Below are positions 61,583 through 64,000 of a stretch of DNA of 64,000 bases, in pieces (position 1 is the first letter of the stretch; every line of letters begins with the position of its first letter). The stretch comes from Vicinamibacteria bacterium (GTDB lineage: Bacteria; Acidobacteriota; Vicinamibacteria; Vicinamibacterales; JAENWD01). The stretch is from contig CAWDZE010000012.1 in assembly GCA_963806705.1 (NCBI GenBank), positions 234,826 through 298,825 on the forward strand, read 5' to 3'. A program made the translations under genes and the position numbers. The notes under the pieces were generated by a model. The model worked only from the letters and a program-made list of their open reading frames with translations. It did not search any database and was not told the DNA's origin.

Positions 61583-63093
61583 CTCGACCCGCTCCGGACC
61601 AGTTGCCACTGTGTGCCCTGTGCGCTGGTGACGCGCACGACGGCGCCGATGCCGCTGCGATTCGCCTTCGTACCGGACACCCGGACCGAAACCCAGTTGT
61701 TGCGGTTGCCTCCGTCGTTGCGCAGCAGCCGGGCCGGACTGTGGTTGTTGACCAGCAGCACGTCCAGATCGCCATCACGATCGTAGTCGCCGTACGCTGC
61801 GCCGCGCCCTGCCTGCGGCACCGCGAAATCAGCCCCGGCCGTCGGCGATGCATGCTCGAAGCGGCCTTTCCCCGTGTTGCGGAACAGCAGCGGCGGCTGC
61901 TTGAACTGGACCTTCGGCTGCACGGCCGTGACGCTTTCCTCGATGTGGCCGTTGGTGGCCAGCAAGTCGATCCAGCCGTCGAGGTCGTAGTCGAAGAAGA
62001 AGGCGCCAAACCCCAGCGTCGCCATGCTGACGCGCCCCACGGGGCTAGCCGGCGCGACGTCGCCAAACAGGCCACCGCCTTCGTTCCGGTACAGCGCGAG
62101 CATCTGGTTTTGAAAATTGGACACGAGCAGGTGCGGACGGCCCGATCGGTCGTAGTCGGCGGCATCCACTCCCATGGCTCCCCGAGCCACGCCGTCGTCA
62201 GAGAACGCCACGCCGGCGGCCACGGCGGTATCCGTGAACGTGCCGTTGCGGTTGTTGTGGAAGAGCTGATTGGGTTGCGTGTCGTTGGCGACAAACAGGT
62301 CCACCCACCCGTCGCCGTCGTAGTCGAGCAAGCCAACGCCCAGCGCCTTGGCGCCCGGGTTGGCGACGCCCGCCTTCTGGCTGACGTCCGCAAAGCGTCC
62401 CGCCCCCAGGTTGTGGAACAACTTCGAGGCCACGCCGGGATAGACCTCGGGCGTGCAGTACGACTTGTTCTTGCCGTCGAGCGCGCACCGCTTGTCGGTA
62501 GCCTCGGACCACTTCACGTAATTGGCGACGAACAGGTCCAACCGGCCGTCGCGGTCGTAGTCCACGAAGGCCGCACTGGTGCCGAAGCTGGCATTGACGA
62601 TTCCCGCGGCCCTGGTCACGTTGGTGAACTTGAAGGCGCCGTCGTTGCGATACAGGCGATCGCCCTCGAGCGCCGTGACGTAGAGGTCCTCGTCGCCGTC
62701 GTTGTCGACATCGCCCGCCGCCACACCCATCCCGTAGGCCGGCTGATCGAGTCCGCTGCCCTTGACGACGTCGGTGAAGGTGCCGTTGCGATTGTTGCGG
62801 TACAGGCCGTGCACCGATCCCGTGCCGGCCTTCGGCGCCCAGTCGCGCCCGTTGACCATGACGAGGTCGAGCCAACCGTCGCCGTCGAGGTCCACAAACG
62901 CGCCGCCGGCGCCCATGGTTTCGGGCAAGTACTTCTTGCCGGCGCGCCCGCTGTTGTGGACGAACGAGATTCCGGCGCCGGCGGTGACGTCCTTGAATGT
63001 CACCGCGCCGCCCTGCCCCATCAGGGGCGCACCCGCTATCACAGAGAGGCCACTGGCCAGACCTGCCACTACGATCCGTGTCCGCATCAACAA
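61423..63093 (-). CDS. CRTAC1-family protein (FG-GAP/VCBS repeats plus an ASPIC/UnbV C-terminal domain)
   Basis: A signal peptide is followed by repeated FxDxDxDGxxDL motifs. The C-terminal segment reads NNWVSVRVSGTKANRSGIGAVV...SYCSQSD. Confidence 0.85.
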   Translation of the reverse strand: MLMRTRIVVAGLASGLSVIAGAPLMGQGGAVTFKDVTAGAGISFVHNSGRAGKKYLPETMGAGGAFVDLDGDGWLDLVMVNGRDWAPKAGTGSVHGLYRNNRNGTFTDVVKGSGLDQPAYGMGVAAGDVDNDGDEDLYVTALEGDRLYRNDGAFKFTNVTRAAGIVNASFGTSAAFVDYDRDGRLDLFVANYVKWSEATDKRCALDGKNKSYCTPEVYPGVASKLFHNLGAGRFADVSQKAGVANPGAKALGVGLLDYDGDGWVDLFVANDTQPNQLFHNNRNGTFTDTAVAAGVAFSDDGVARGAMGVDAADYDRSGRPHLLVSNFQNQMLALYRNEGGGLFGDVAPASPVGRVSMATLGFGAFFFDYDLDGWIDLLATNGHIEESVTAVQPKVQFKQPPLLFRNTGKGRFEHASPTAGADFAVPQAGRGAAYGDYDRDGDLDVLLVNNHSPARLLRNDGGNRNNWVSVRVSGTKANRSGIGAVVRVTSAQGTQWQLVRSGSSYCSQSDLAVTFGLGRDTEATSIEVEWPGGGRETIKNVPAKSFVKIVEGKGRM

Positions 63094-63138
63094 GATTGTA
63101 GAACGCCGAGGGTGAGGTTCTTACAGGAGGACGGCTCG

Positions 63139-63399
63139 CTACTCGGCCTTCGGCCTCGCGGCAAGGATCGCTTTGACGAGTTCTTCGGGGACCGGTGGCA
63201 GGGGCTCGCTGTCGCGCACTTCGAAGGCCTTCTTGCAGATGGTCGTCGTCGTCTTGTAGCTCTCGAGGTACCGCAGGCAGTTGGCGCACGCCGCGAGATG
63301 ACGCTCGAAGGTGACTCGCACGTCAGGCGGCAGGCCATCGTCGAGGTAGTCCATCAGGAACTCGACGCACTCGCGACAGGTCAGGCGTGGCTCGGTCAT
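63139..63399 (-). CDS. Anti-sigma factor, zf-HC2 (putative zinc-finger) family
   Basis: CRECVEFLMDYLDDGL...HLAACANCLRYL is an H-x3-C-x2-C pattern. 4-nt overlap with the upstream sigma factor gene. Confidence 0.8.
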   Translation of the reverse strand: MTEPRLTCRECVEFLMDYLDDGLPPDVRVTFERHLAACANCLRYLESYKTTTTICKKAFEVRDSEPLPPVPEELVKAILAARPKAE

Positions 63400-63983
63400 C
63401 GGGTTTCTCGTCGCATGTGCGGATCGAGCAGCGTGCGCAGCGCCAGCCGCGCCCGGTGCAGCCGTATCTTCACGGCGTTGGGCGTGACGCCGAGCGCGCG
63501 GGCGGTTTCCTCAGTGCTCATCTCTTCGATATCGCGCAACACCAGGACTTCACGGTAGGTGTCCGGCAGCGACAGGATCGCGTCGCGGACCAATTGCCGT
63601 GTCTCTTCCCGCTCGGCCAGATTGTCGGCTGCCTCGTCCCACGTGCTGAACTTGTCGACGTGATGCCCGTTCTCGCGAAACGACGGCAGCAGCGGCTCGA
63701 GCGACTCCTCGGGCTTGCGACGCCGGGTCCGCAACTTCATCAGCGCGGCGTTGACGACGATGCGGTGCAGCCACGTCGACAGCTTCGCGTGGCCCTCGAA
63801 CTTGTCGATCGCGCGAAACGCGTTGAGGAACCCCTCCTGCACCACGTCGCGCGCGTCTTCGTCGCTCCCTAACATGCGCCGCGCCACGGCCAGTAACCGG
63901 GGCGTGTACGCGCGCACCAGGCTCTCGAAGGCCTCGGGCCGATGATCGCGCAGGCCTTGCAGCAAGGCCTGTTCGTCCAGCAC
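63396..63983 (-). CDS. ECF (group IV) RNA polymerase sigma factor
   Basis: Region 2 (DVVQEGFLNAFRAIDKF, STWLHRIVVNAAL) and region 4 (VLVLRDIEEMSTEETARALGVTPNAVKIRLHRAR). Confidence 0.9.
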   Translation of the reverse strand: MLDEQALLQGLRDHRPEAFESLVRAYTPRLLAVARRMLGSDEDARDVVQEGFLNAFRAIDKFEGHAKLSTWLHRIVVNAALMKLRTRRRKPEESLEPLLPSFRENGHHVDKFSTWDEAADNLAEREETRQLVRDAILSLPDTYREVLVLRDIEEMSTEETARALGVTPNAVKIRLHRARLALRTLLDPHMRRETR

Positions 63984-64000
63984 CGCCGCCGACGGTTCCG

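Noticed and set aside
61060-63558. An 832-aa ORF on the plus strand, the longest uninterrupted ORF in this part of the window.
   Set aside because: It runs antisense across the CRTAC1-like, anti-sigma and sigma factor genes. Its translation is Arg/Ala/Gly/Pro-rich low-complexity sequence with no motifs. This is a typical shadow ORF of GC-rich DNA, where stop codons are rare.

Overview
High-GC (by eye) chromosomal segment, gene-dense on both strands, with about 55 protein-coding genes. I found no rRNA, tRNA, CRISPR array, transposase or integrase. The gene content points to an Acidobacteriota-like soil bacterium: a PadR regulator paired with an ADOP duplicated permease, a CarboxypepD_reg-type TonB-dependent receptor, a CRTAC1/ASPIC-UnbV protein, a PVC-type heme-binding dehydrogenase, and many Tat-exported Gfo/Idh/MocA oxidoreductases. 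This taxonomic call is inference only. Main blocks: (1) a Tat-exported sugar oxidoreductase/TIM-barrel/SDR/RhaM cluster (1.4-5.0 kb); (2) miscellaneous carbohydrate and cell-wall genes (MltF-like, Zn-ADH, FG-GAP, NagA, AKR, LarA-like); (3) a complete SUF Fe-S operon, Rrf2-sufA-sufBCD-sufS-sufU-sufT (21.6-28.2 kb), with a recognisable promoter and operator; (4) a three-domain LplT-PlsC-Aas lipid-recycling fusion; (5) a LytS/LytTR two-component pair; (6) housekeeping genes (aat, nadE, gluQ, a TrmH-family methyltransferase); (7) phosphatases (ENPP-like, PhoD), an M43 protease and a ZIP-like transporter; (8) an ECF sigma/anti-sigma pair. Two window-wide observations stand out. (a) Three families of short tandem-repeat arrays (7-mer GATTGCA/GATTGAC, 8-mer GTGAACCN, 10-mer GACCCAACCN) recur at about 15 gene boundaries, sometimes as inverted arrays. 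They often fill the whole intergenic gap and contain start or stop codons. I do not recognise them as a described element. (b) About 15 single-nucleotide frameshifts interrupt otherwise clear genes, including essential sufC and sufS. Most of those I could localise sit at short homopolymer runs, so consensus indel error is a more likely cause than biology. Coordinates of corrected starts and frameshift sites come from manual reading and are approximate where stated.
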